Shown: positions 7,774 to 16,990, numbered from the stretch's first letter. The stretch is DNA of 30,278 nt from an uncultured Dehalococcoidales bacterium (GCA_964566845.1 CAZMJZ010000001.1:1-30278); one strand, 5' to 3'. Translations and numbers: made by a program. Notes: generated by a model not told the origin, from the letters alone.

Positions 7774-9627
7774 ATGATGTTTGTACTGGGCACTGCTGGG
7801 CATATAGACCATGGCAAATCAGTGTTAGTGTATGCCTTAACTGGGATAGACCCTGACCGGTTGCGTGAAGAAAAGGAGCGGGGCATGACTATAGACCTTG
7901 GCTTCGCGTGGCTAAAGCTGCCCAGTGGACGAGACGTAGGAATTGTTGATGTTCCCGGACATGAGCGGTTCGTTAAGAACATGCTGGCGGGAGTAGGTGG
8001 CATTGACCTTACCTTACTTGTTGTCGCTGCCAATGAAGGGGTGATGCCCCAAACCAGAGAGCACCTAGCCATTATAGACTTGCTTAGCATAAAAAGAGGA
8101 ATCGTGGTTATTGCCAAAAAGGATTTAGTGGATGATGAGTGGCTGAGCTTGGTCAAGATGGAGATAGAGGAGCTAATTGCTCCAACTAACTTATCCCAAG
8201 CCCCGATTATTGCCGTCTCGGCAGTAACTGGTGAGGGCTTATCCGAGTTGGTTTCGGCTATCGATTCTCTCATAAGCTCTATTGAACCGAGAAAGGATTT
8301 GGGGCGACCAAGGCTTATCATAGACCGAGTTTTCACCATCGCCGGTGCTGGCACAATAGTCACTGGAACATTAATTGACGGTTTGCTCACTGTGGGACAG
8401 GAAGTAGAGATTGTTCCCGCCGGTTTGAGGTCACGCCTACGAGGATTGCAGACGCACAAAGCCCCTATCGATGTTGCTATTCCCGGGAGTAGGGTTGCCG
8501 CCAATTTGGTTGGTGTTGCCACTTCACAACTACAACGTGGCGATGTGCTTACCCAGCCCGGCTGGTTAGTACCTACCACGATGCTCAGTGCCAAGCTCCG
8601 TCTACTTCCATATCTTCGTCGTCCCCTACGACATAATGCTACCGTGAGTCTTCACACCGGAGCCACCGAGGCAATGGCTAAAGTCCGTCTGTTAGAGAAG
8701 GAGGAGCTTCAACCGGGAGAGGTCACTTGGGCTCAGCTGTCACTGAATAAGCCCATCGCCGTAATCAACGGCGACTGCTTCATCATCCGTTCTCCTATGG
8801 AGACTCTCGGTGGTGGTGATATTGTTGATTCTCATGCTAAGCGGCTTCGCCGCTTTCGCCCGGCAATTATCCAAAGCCTGAGAGTGAGAGAGGAGGGCAC
8901 TACTGAGGAGATTATCACTGCGTTATTAGAGATAAAGCAACCTATGGAGCTACCCAACCTCCTCGCTCAATGCAATTTCCCCACCAGTGATTTTCGCTCA
9001 GCCCTACAAACCCTTATCCAGCAAGGGAAAATATTGGGAATAGGTCAGGAAGAACGCAGCCTTCTTTGGACTAGATTGGGATGGAAGCGGCTGACTAAGA
9101 ACGCTGCCACCATAGTCCAAGACTATCACCGAAGATTCCCGGCTCGCCCCGGCATGCCCAAAGTGGAACTAACTAGCCGTCTAAAGCTGGGAGTATACTC
9201 TGCGGTAGCTCTGCAAAGGCTTTCTGGAGAAGGTGCCTTAATTGAAAACAGCACAAGCGTTCGCCTTCCTGCATACCAGATAAAGCTAACTCCGGCTCAA
9301 CAGGCAAAGATAGATGGCTTCCTGCGCGCCCTGGCTCAAAACCCTTATTCTCCACCTGGGAGCCTTATCCCTGAAACCGATTTGCTAAATCTGCTCGTTG
9401 AGCAGCATAAGGTGGTTAAGGTGAGTAGCAGCGTGGTCTTTTCTACCTCAACCTATGATGAGATGGTAGAAAAAGTGATTAATCACATTAAGGAGCGGGG
9501 TAAGGTGACCCTTGCTGAAGTCCGGGATTTGTTTGATACCAGCCGAAAGTATGCCCAGGCTTTCTTGGAACATCTTGACGAAAGAAAGATAACCCGCCGT
9601 ATTGGTGATGAGCGAGTTCTTTGGTAA
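7774..9627 (+). CDS. selB: Selenocysteine-specific elongation factor SelB
   Basis: [27 protein letters not shown] and C-terminal winged helix [14 protein letters not shown]; start could be 7747, 7774 or 7777. Confidence 0.96.
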   Translation: MMFVLGTAGHIDHGKSVLVYALTGIDPDRLREEKERGMTIDLGFAWLKLPSGRDVGIVDVPGHERFVKNMLAGVGGIDLTLLVVAANEGVMPQTREHLAIIDLLSIKRGIVVIAKKDLVDDEWLSLVKMEIEELIAPTNLSQAPIIAVSAVTGEGLSELVSAIDSLISSIEPRKDLGRPRLIIDRVFTIAGAGTIVTGTLIDGLLTVGQEVEIVPAGLRSRLRGLQTHKAPIDVAIPGSRVAANLVGVATSQLQRGDVLTQPGWLVPTTMLSAKLRLLPYLRRPLRHNATVSLHTGATEAMAKVRLLEKEELQPGEVTWAQLSLNKPIAVINGDCFIIRSPMETLGGGDIVDSHAKRLRRFRPAIIQSLRVREEGTTEEIITALLEIKQPMELPNLLAQCNFPTSDFRSALQTLIQQGKILGIGQEERSLLWTRLGWKRLTKNAATIVQDYHRRFPARPGMPKVELTSRLKLGVYSAVALQRLSGEGALIENSTSVRLPAYQIKLTPAQQAKIDGFLRALAQNPYSPPGSLIPETDLLNLLVEQHKVVKVSSSVVFSTSTYDEMVEKVINHIKERGKVTLAEVRDLFDTSRKYAQAFLEHLDERKITRRIGDERVLW

Positions 9628-9643
9628 GAGACTTAATTATCGG

Positions 9644-9737
9644 CGGGAGCGCATGGGAGTCGAACCCACCGAAGACACTTCTGATGCCCCCCAACGGATT
9701 TGAAGTCCGCGAAGCTCACCGGGGCTTACCCGCTCCC
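9644..9737 (-). tRNA. selC: tRNA-Sec (UCA), CCA not encoded
   Basis: Anticodon loop CTTCAAA (TCA = 9701-9703), 6-bp D stem with CGGT loop, long variable arm, GGTTCGACTCC T-arm, discriminator G followed by CCG. Confidence 0.95.
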
Positions 9738-9827
9738 TGACCTTGAATATATCAAGTATATATTAACCAACATAAAGAGTACAATAATTGACTATCGTGA
9801 CTCGGTATTCACCAACCTGAGTGTTCA

Positions 9828-10046
9828 TTATTTCCGAGGTGGGGTGAGCACAAGGCGATACCCGTCTGATGCCACTTCTACCTTAATGTGATACCCCTTG
9901 CTCTGAGCCAGCCGGGACACGTTCTCCTTTGAGACCATGCTCTCAACAAGTACAGTGACTGGTTCATTTGGATTTTCCTCAATAGCCTTCTTAGTTCTTA
10001 CTACCGGTATGGGGCAGGAAAACCCCTGGACATCGACCTCAACCAT
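9828..10046 (-). CDS. TusA/SirA/YedF-family sulfur/selenium carrier (72 aa)
   Basis: VDVQGFSCPIPVVRTKKAI (CPxP); RBS GAAGGAGAGG; ATG overlaps the upstream stop codon. Confidence 0.9.
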   Translation of the reverse strand: MVEVDVQGFSCPIPVVRTKKAIEENPNEPVTVLVESMVSKENVSRLAQSKGYHIKVEVASDGYRLVLTPPRK

Positions 10047-10938
10047 TGTAGTCCTCTCCTTCTCCATAGCAGACTCCGCTCCATTGACAAAGGTGCTCCT
10101 TGAACACAGCCCGAAATTGATTAATGATTTGACTGACTCTAGTAGCCGGGGTAGCTTGGGCAAACTTTCCTGCCGTGCGGTTGGCTCGGGCAGCAATTAT
10201 TGCCGCTTCGTGCAGTTCAAGACCAGCATAGGCAAAGGCAGAAATCAGGCCGGTAATAGTATCACCTGTCCCGCCGATAGCTTCCAGCTCGGGCACATCA
10301 GGTTGTGTGATGGTAGCCAGAATATTCCCGTCGCGTACAACGTAGTCAACTGCACCCTTGACCAGTAACAGCCTGGCTGTGTTTCGCTGCTGGCAAGCAG
10401 TTGTTACCAGCCTTGGCGTCTGGGTAATATCGGTATCAAAGAGGTGTTGGTTGATATAAGCAGGGTGGGTGGCATCCGGGTCAGCGAGGAAGGCCATCTC
10501 AGTAGCATCCGGCGTGAAGATGTCAAATTGTGCCGCTAATCCGGCTGCCTTGGCGACATACATTGAGGCAGCATCGGCAATCATGATTGGCTTTCTGGGA
10601 CACCTATTAACGGATTGGCAGACCTTTCTCATTAGAGTTATATCAGGAAGGATATAGTGTAGTGCCAGTACTTCCGGAGAAAGCTCGGGCAAGTGGCGGG
10701 CAAGATAATCGTAGATTAATCGGCTCCCCTCACCCCTCCCCAAGTCCCCAGCAACTACTGTCTGGGGTGGTTCAAGGTTCAGATAACTGGTAGTTGCCAG
10801 TGCTGCACCAATCATGGCTCCAGTGCCCTGAGCACAGGGCAAATGGTATCCGTCAACGACTAGCAATCCATCCTCGCCTCTAGTCTCCCCTGTGATCAGG
10901 GGCAACCCTTTGATCGGAACCGTTCCCGCAATGAGCAT
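10039..10938 (-). CDS. Ribokinase-fold (YjeF-C/ThiM-like) protein of unknown function
   Basis: IADA, FTPDATE, LLVKGAVDYV and anion-hole IGGTGDTITG motifs; GGAGG RBS supports a start at 10938/10941. Confidence 0.75.
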   Translation of the reverse strand: MLIAGTVPIKGLPLITGETRGEDGLLVVDGYHLPCAQGTGAMIGAALATTSYLNLEPPQTVVAGDLGRGEGSRLIYDYLARHLPELSPEVLALHYILPDITLMRKVCQSVNRCPRKPIMIADAASMYVAKAAGLAAQFDIFTPDATEMAFLADPDATHPAYINQHLFDTDITQTPRLVTTACQQRNTARLLLVKGAVDYVVRDGNILATITQPDVPELEAIGGTGDTITGLISAFAYAGLELHEAAIIAARANRTAGKFAQATPATRVSQIINQFRAVFKEHLCQWSGVCYGEGEDYNG

Positions 10939-10940
10939 CA

Positions 10941-11474
10941 CTATTGATTTCCTCCATTCCAGAGGATAAGACACTCCTCTAGAGCCCGGTCCAGCATCAG
11001 AGCGCACAGAGTAAAGCCGATATCCCTTGGTCGCGGCGCTTGGGCGAGCGGTTTACCGATTAGCTCAGCGTGAAGGCGGGGAATATCAGGGCAGCCGCCG
11101 CCGGAGGTATTCACAATGATGCCGCTCTCCCTGTCAAACGTGAGTTTCATATTGCCTGCCCTGACCATCATCCAATCACCGAAATCAGTTACCTTGACAA
11201 TTTGTAGAAGTTCCGAGGTACCTATCTTGAGTGGGGCAATACCGACATAGGTGGCATCCCTCTCGTTAAGTAGCCGCTCGATGCCTAGCTTCTCTACCAG
11301 GTTTATCTCCACCGCCAAATCACAGCCCTTTCGTAATTCTGGTGGTGGTGCAACCAGCCTTACAGCATACCCACCACCCTTGAGTACCAACTCCGCCTTC
11401 ATAGCGTCTGGCACTTCCACAAACAGTATCAGCCCCCCACTGGCAAAGGATTGTTCTTTCTTGAATATTGGCAT
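10941..11474 (-). CDS. DUF3343-like protein with an additional Cys-containing C-terminal domain
   Basis: AELVLK...VAPPPELRKGCDLAV, then SGGGCPDIP...GKPLAQA...CALMLDRALEEC; GAGAGG RBS before ATG 11474. Confidence 0.75.
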   Translation of the reverse strand: MPIFKKEQSFASGGLILFVEVPDAMKAELVLKGGGYAVRLVAPPPELRKGCDLAVEINLVEKLGIERLLNERDATYVGIAPLKIGTSELLQIVKVTDFGDWMMVRAGNMKLTFDRESGIIVNTSGGGCPDIPRLHAELIGKPLAQAPRPRDIGFTLCALMLDRALEECLILWNGGNQ

Positions 11475-11484
11475 AAATAACCTC

Positions 11485-12561
11485 TCACGCTTTTTCTCTA
11501 CTGAATAGAAATCCAATCGCCAGACAAAAAGCCAGGCCTACGATTACCCCCCAAATGGTATAGTCACCAATGCCCTTCGGGCTTGAGGCAAGCCCGAAGT
11601 TGTGCGCAATGGCAGCCCCAACGATAAAGCCAATAACAGTTATCCCGGCATCAGCATTTCCCTCCCCGGAGAGAATTGTCTGGCGCAGGGGACATCCGCC
11701 AAGCAAGGTAGCAGTGAGACCAGCCAGGAGCATACCCAGGAAGTTCCACAGAAGGTTGTCATGTGCCACTGGCTGCCCCGCGAAACCCCAATGATAGAAA
11801 CCAGAGGCAAAGTTGCCCAAGGCATAGTTACTGATTATGGCTCCAATGAAAAAGGCAGCAATGCCACTAAAGAGATAGGTATCCCTGACCAGAATGAGGT
11901 CTCGCCACCCACCAACAAAGCACATCCTGGTCCTCTGCGCCAGAAAACCGAAACAGAGACCGATGAGGAGTGAAATCCACAGGGCAGCATGCATTGAGCC
12001 TGGTCCCTTGTCGCTGAAAAAGAGAAAGCCTGGTTTGAAGATAGCCAGAAGGAGCAGTCCAAACATAATCAGCGGCACCATCCAGCCGACAGCAGTTGGT
12101 ATCTTCAGCGAAGGGCCAAGGTTGAAACCCCGTCTGAGAAAGAAGATGCCAATTTCTGCTCCAGCCACCACCCCCGCCAGAGCCGTAATACCATTAAGGT
12201 CGCCACCGGCAAGGCGAAGAACTACCCGAATCGGGCAGCCGAGAAAGACCAGCGCCCCAATCATAAAAAAGACGCTTAATATAAAGCGGATTATTGGTGA
12301 CGAACCACCTCTGGACTTAAATTCACCGAAGGAATAGGCAGAGATAAAGGCACCCAGCAAAAGCCCCATAATTTCAGGGCGCAGGTATTGCACTACCGCA
12401 GCCTGGTGCAGTCCCAGACTGCCAGCAATATCACGATAAAAACAGGCAACGCAGATGCCCATATTGGGTGGGTTGCCCCACTTGGTTGCCAGGGTAGCCA
12501 GAGCCCCAAAGACTAACCCAGCGACAATAATCCTCACTCGGGGTGCCCAGAACCGCTGCAA
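11485..12561 (-). CDS. YedE/YeeE-family putative selenium transporter
   Basis: Multi-TM; GNPPNMGICVACF, LGCP, RMCFVGG and LGGCPLRQ motifs; TTG start after GGGGAGGAG. Confidence 0.88.
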   Translation of the reverse strand: MQRFWAPRVRIIVAGLVFGALATLATKWGNPPNMGICVACFYRDIAGSLGLHQAAVVQYLRPEIMGLLLGAFISAYSFGEFKSRGGSSPIIRFILSVFFMIGALVFLGCPIRVVLRLAGGDLNGITALAGVVAGAEIGIFFLRRGFNLGPSLKIPTAVGWMVPLIMFGLLLLAIFKPGFLFFSDKGPGSMHAALWISLLIGLCFGFLAQRTRMCFVGGWRDLILVRDTYLFSGIAAFFIGAIISNYALGNFASGFYHWGFAGQPVAHDNLLWNFLGMLLAGLTATLLGGCPLRQTILSGEGNADAGITVIGFIVGAAIAHNFGLASSPKGIGDYTIWGVIVGLAFCLAIGFLFSREKA

Positions 12562-12733
12562 GGTTGTCTCCTCCCTTTACTTATTGAGCCTCTTTTTAGC
12601 CATAAGTCTGTTTCATAACTTGACGCTCTCTTGATAAACCATGTATTTTAGCCTAGAATAGCTAGAGCGGGATTATACCATAAGTATTTTCTTAACACAA
12701 GACAAATTTCACTTATAGTATGGTGAGGATATT

Positions 12734-13624
12734 ATGAACCTGGACAATCTGAGAACCTACCTTGATGTGGTTAAGCTGGGGAGCTTCTCAGAGGTGGCTA
12801 AGAAACTGTCCATCAGCCAGCCTGCGGTTTCCTTTCAAATCCAAAAGCTGGAGCGTGACTTGGGTGTTCGCCTGCTTGACCGGAGTCAAAAGGTAATCAC
12901 CGTGACCGAGGCTGGCAAAAAGCTAGTCCGCTTCGCTGAAGTTGTAGAGAAAGAGCGAGACCGTCTCCAGTACGACCTTGACCAGTTGCGTGAAGAGGTG
13001 GCTGGAGACCTGATTGTTGCTGCCAGTACTATCCCGGGTGAGTTCCTGCTGCCAGCGATTTTAGGTGAATTCAAAGCACTACATCCTGTTGTGAGAGTCC
13101 AGATGGTGGTCTCTGATTCTCTTACTGTCATCGCAGGAGTGCGAGATGGAACCTACGATATGGGGTTCTGCGGCATCGCCCCAGAAGGTCAAGAGTTGGA
13201 GTCATTCAAGATAGCCGAAGATGAGATTGTTCTCATTGTGTTTCCGGAGCATCCCTTTGCTCGACGGGGAGAAATTTCTCTGGCGGAGCTGGACGGAGAG
13301 CCACTTCTCTTCCGTGAGGAGACTTCAGGCACACAGCAAAGCCTCCAAGCCCTCTTATCCAAAGCTGGACTTGACCTCAGCATGTGGGCACCGAATCTGG
13401 TTCTGGGCACAACCCAGGCTGTGGTCTCGGCGGTAGAGGTAGAGGCAGGGATTGCCTTTGTGTCGAATCTGGCTATTAAAAAGGGGTTAGCCCTTGGTCT
13501 GGTCAAACAAGTCACTGTTGATGGTTTAAGGTTGAATCGGGACTTCTACTGCATCTATCGGAAGGAAAGGATAGTTTCCCGACTGCTTGGTGAGTTCATC
13601 GCCTTCGTTCAGGCAAGGGCGTAA
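12734..13624 (+). CDS. LysR-family regulator (selenium-associated/CysL-like), divergent from yedE
   Basis: GSFSEVAKKLSISQPAVSFQIQKLE HTH; ASTIPGEFLLP and REETSGT substrate-domain motifs. Confidence 0.92.
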   Translation: MNLDNLRTYLDVVKLGSFSEVAKKLSISQPAVSFQIQKLERDLGVRLLDRSQKVITVTEAGKKLVRFAEVVEKERDRLQYDLDQLREEVAGDLIVAASTIPGEFLLPAILGEFKALHPVVRVQMVVSDSLTVIAGVRDGTYDMGFCGIAPEGQELESFKIAEDEIVLIVFPEHPFARRGEISLAELDGEPLLFREETSGTQQSLQALLSKAGLDLSMWAPNLVLGTTQAVVSAVEVEAGIAFVSNLAIKKGLALGLVKQVTVDGLRLNRDFYCIYRKERIVSRLLGEFIAFVQARA

Positions 13625-13788
13625 CCAAGTAAGGCACCCCAGAATTTAGCAAAACTTGAAAGACCCTCTTGAGAACATTGTTCTCGCCTAAGAGACCATC
13701 CTTTTACACGACCACTAGAGCGTAATCGAGAAAACGTCAGAGTCATGCTGTCTGAGTTTCCATTTCACGCAGGCATATAGATGACTGT

Positions 13789-15410
13789 TCATTCCAGCCA
13801 CGCCTCCATATCCAGAATCATTGTCTTCAGCTGCTCCAATTCCTGTGGCGTAGCCTGCCATTATCCCCTGTCATGTGCCTCAAGCATCTTCTCTACCAAC
13901 TCCAGAATCGCGTACATGTTGTTTTCGGCAAGTCTACGCCACATCTCCTCATCAAACAACAGTGTCTCGGCAGCTTGGTCAAAGAGCCACTCCTTGACTT
14001 TTCCTGTCGTCACCTGTAAGCCGAGGAGGTACTCTATCCTCTGGGTGAGCTTTTGTGCCACGTGGAAATCGTGGCTCAGCATCCCGTCTATCCACTTCGG
14101 GTTAAGATCCCTGGTCCTTGTCACCCGGTCGATGACCTTTTCCACATCCTCTATCCCCAGGCTTTCTTCAGTGGTGTCAACGACCCATTGGTCAGGATAC
14201 TCGCCCCGCTTCTCCTTCACACTTCGAGCTAGGCCGCCAAAGAACTCATAATGATGGTCAAGGTTGGTAAACTCGTACTCTGTATTGCCACGCTCCTATG
14301 ATACTACATCAATTTGGCTAGTCAAGTTCTGGAATAGTTCCGGAACCCTGATGATTTGTCTACCCCAATAAGCGTGACTCATGCTGTCATCCTAGCTCGC
14401 TGCTAGTCCTTTCCCTTCTCGCTAATTGCTGCTCTACACTAAGGTCCGCATGGAGGTGGCATATTCGCTCTCCGAGAGGCCAAATATCCCAGCCTCGTCC
14501 AGTTCACCAAACTATCCTTCGCTTCCAGGTGGTTTTTACGGACGTAGTTGTGCTCGGGCGGTTCCTCGTCGCCCCAGCAGCCAGTTCGATAGCCTTGCTA
14601 AGAAGGTCAATATGAGTTCCGAAGAGGTCACGGAAGATGCCGCAAATGGTGATAACCGCATCAACCCTGGGTTTGCCCAGTTCTTCCGGGGGGATGAGTT
14701 CCAAGTCTTTGAACCAGGGGCTGGCTATGCTTACCAGCCTCACTTCCAGATAAGAGAGTATCTAGGCTATGGTATCTCCCCCTGTCTTTACCGTTTCAAA
14801 ACCCCAGAGCACCAGTCCCAGGCTTTCGGGATATCTTCTGTACTTCTCGTAAAATTTCTTGAACACCTTGGACGCAGTCTCTTCACCCACCCGCAAAGCA
14901 GTATGGGTTGGGATAAGCCTGGGGTCAAACTCATACATATTGTGGCCAACTGGGAAAATTCTAGGGGGTACTGATGGGGTCGCCATCCAGCTTCGTCAGC
15001 AGGTATTCTCCAGAGAGGTCTTTAAGCAAAGCACCAATCTCATCTGACTGGTCGATGCAGCTCTTAAGTTCGAGGATATAGAGCTTAGTCTCATTCGGGA
15101 TATCAACCTTGTTGCCCTTGAGCCATTTTGCCACCAAGTGCTGTTCTTCCTCGTCTATCTCTTGGGCAAATTTCGGGTTGTTGACAAACTCTCCTCGACT
15201 CTTTCCTCGGCGCTCGGCCAGAATCTCATGGAGGGAGGGAACCTCACGGCCAAGTCTGAGTGCCGAGGTTAGATATGATATCAAGGTCTCGTCCTCTAGT
15301 TTGTGGTCTATTACGTGCAGCCCTTTGTGTATGAGGCGCCTCTTCATACTGTAGAACAGCAATTTCAGTGCATCAACATCGCTTGCATCCAGGTTTAATT
15401 CACTGGCCTT
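13789..15410 (-). pseudogene. Degraded C-terminal half of a CobN/Mg-chelatase-H-like gene
   Basis: Fragments in several frames: KGLHVI, PTGHN-like FPVGHNMYEFDPRLIPT, VLWGFETVKTGG, LGKPRVDAVITICGIFRDLF, DHHYEFFGG, RTRDLNPKWIDGM, ENNMYA; many frameshifts and stops. Confidence 0.88.
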
Positions 15411-15548
15411 TTCATCGTGCCACAGGTTAAAGGTATCTGATTCTTCGTGCTCTATAGGCTCTTACCAGCATCTTTTTACCCCCCTTTCTTTGCCTATTTT
15501 TGGGCATATTTACCCTCTCAAACTCCGGTAGTTTTACGCTTTATAGCT

Positions 15549-15866
15549 TCACTTTACCCCTTTTATGTTGACACCGCCCCTTTTGCCTATCGCAAGCTTC
15601 CATTGGTAGCTGGGAAGCTCGCAATAGCCCAAAGCAAACGGAGCGTAGTAATCGGTGGCACTATCAGCAGTTATAGCATCTAAAAGCGCCTTTAATAAGT
15701 AGTGGGGCTTTTCGCCTAAGGCGGGCTTTACCTTACTTTTTATCCCAGCTACATATTCCCTGACGCAATCACGGATAGTCTGCTTATCCCAGCCGTCACT
15801 CCTGACACTAAATTTAAGGTGGTCCTCAATATATTTGGAGACTAATTCAAGGCTTACACATTCTCC
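15549..15866 (-). pseudogene. Startless 105-codon open frame, 3' fragment of an unknown gene
   Basis: Open from just after TAG (15867-15869) to TGA (15549-15551): GECVSLELVSKYIEDHLKF...YAPFALGYCELPSYQWKLAIGKRGG; not in the ORF track. Confidence 0.45.
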
Positions 15867-15900
15867 CTAATCCGTGGATTTTCCAAGGGAAATTTCACCT

Positions 15901-15987
15901 GTATTTGCGAGAAGCCGTAGGCGACGTGGCAATCTCTGGAATGGAAGTGAGATTGCTTCGTCCTTCTACCGAAGGACTCGCAATGAC
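15901..15987. repeat. REP-like palindromic element of the GTCATTGCGAG...GCAATCTC type
   Basis: Outer IR GTATTTGCGAG / CTCGCAATGAC; inner hairpins GCAATCTC...GAGATTGC and GTCCTTC-TACC-GAAGGAC. Confidence 0.75.
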
Positions 15988-16090
15988 ACCTACGTGATGG
16001 GCTTTTTGAATATGTACTCACGGATTAGGAATTCTTATGTCATGAAAACGCTAACATCTCAGAGCACAATACAGCACAGGAGGTGCAGCG

Positions 16091-16346
16091 ATGCTTTATA
16101 CGGGTTTTGTCTCTATATATAAGTTTTTCTTACATTACGACTATGAATGAGAGGGGAGATATTATCGGTCAGAAGAAGTTGCCGAGTAACGGTGATATAG
16201 CGGAGTTTCTAAAGGAGTTCGGAGAGGGGATGGAAGTGGCGATTGAAGCCACACCCATCTGGTACTTGCTTTGTGACAGACTGGAAGATGAGGATGAAGT
16301 CAGCGTTTTAAGTGATGACGATATGTTTAATCATCCCCGTGGCTAA
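16091..16346 (+). pseudogene. IS110-family transposase N-terminal remnant
   Basis: AGGAGG RBS, frameshifted start, then FSYITTMNERGDIIGQKKL...MEVAIEATPIWY (DEDD RuvC-like N-terminus); truncated. Confidence 0.75.
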
Positions 16347-16397
16347 TCATACTACCGTCAACGTAAAGCGGTCCCCGCAGAGGAAAGGGAAAGCCCC

Positions 16398-16427
16398 TTG
16401 ACATATCACCTTTATGCTAGCTATAAT
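16398..16427 (+). promoter_or_regulatory. Consensus sigma70 promoter
   Basis: TTGACA-N18-TATAAT. Confidence 0.75.
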
Positions 16428-16457
16428 GTACTCAATCTAAAATTTAAGGAGGTTGTT

Positions 16458-16616
16458 ATGGGACTTCTGCAAGTTAGCGGTATCATCGGCGGTGTTCTTG
16501 CTATTATAGCAGGAATCATTGTAATAATTTGGCCTCGGATAATAGCTTGGGTACTTGGTATATACTTAATCATAATGGGGATTTTTGCCATTTTAGCAGC
16601 TATTGGGCTTACCTAA
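16458..16616 (+). CDS. Small 2-TM protein, DUF3096-like (52 aa)
   Basis: AAGGAGG RBS; LAIIAGIIVIIWPRIIAWVLGIYLII pattern. Confidence 0.75.
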   Translation: MGLLQVSGIIGGVLAIIAGIIVIIWPRIIAWVLGIYLIIMGIFAILAAIGLT

Positions 16617-16814
16617 CTTTTACTCAGTCAAGAGCAGGTATGCGTTGGTGCTATATCGACTTTAAATAAGCTAGGTTCTAACTGGAATCTAGTCCAATAT
16701 TGGCTGCTCTTTACCCAAGTACCACATAAATATGGCAGGGAGTGCCTCTTGTCTGCTATTATCAGGAAATTATGGCAGGAATAATATATCTACGGGAAAT
16801 GGCAAACATAGGCA

Positions 16815-16990
16815 ATAAAAACAAAGGATTTATTTATATCTGTGCTATTTGTAATATCGGGCGGGGTAGGATGTGCCCAATCGGTATCTGGCAAGGTAAT
16901 AAAACCTAGAAGCCTTGGGTGACTTCAGCCAATTTCAACGAAGCTTATTTGACAACTCTGCTCACTGGAAACAGCATTTTCGCTTTTGTA
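16815..16990 (+). pseudogene. N-terminal remnant of a lipoprotein, probably a serpin
   Basis: Signal/lipobox-like (I)KTKDLFISVLFVISGGVGC-AQSVSGKV, then after a frameshift VTSANFNEAYLTTLLTGNSIFAF, resembling serpin helix A (N..FAF). Confidence 0.45.

Noticed and set aside
9828-10196. 122-aa version of the TusA-like ORF
   Set aside because: The extra 50 codons overlap the ribokinase-fold gene; the RBS and domain size support ATG 10046.
12602-12695. LysR T-N11-A operator
   Set aside because: CATAA repeats and one T-N11-A match exist, but dyad symmetry is too weak to call a site.
13670-13684. GAGAAC-ATT-GTTCTC as a LexA box
   Set aside because: Spacer is 3 nt rather than the GAAC-N4-GTTC spacing; more likely a hairpin between convergent genes.
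7745-14000. Additional selenoproteins via UGA read-through (selA end, ribokinase-fold end, cobN fragments)
   Set aside because: These UGAs are ordinary coupled stops or lie in a frameshifted pseudogene; I saw no SECIS-like hairpin or Cys-aligned context.
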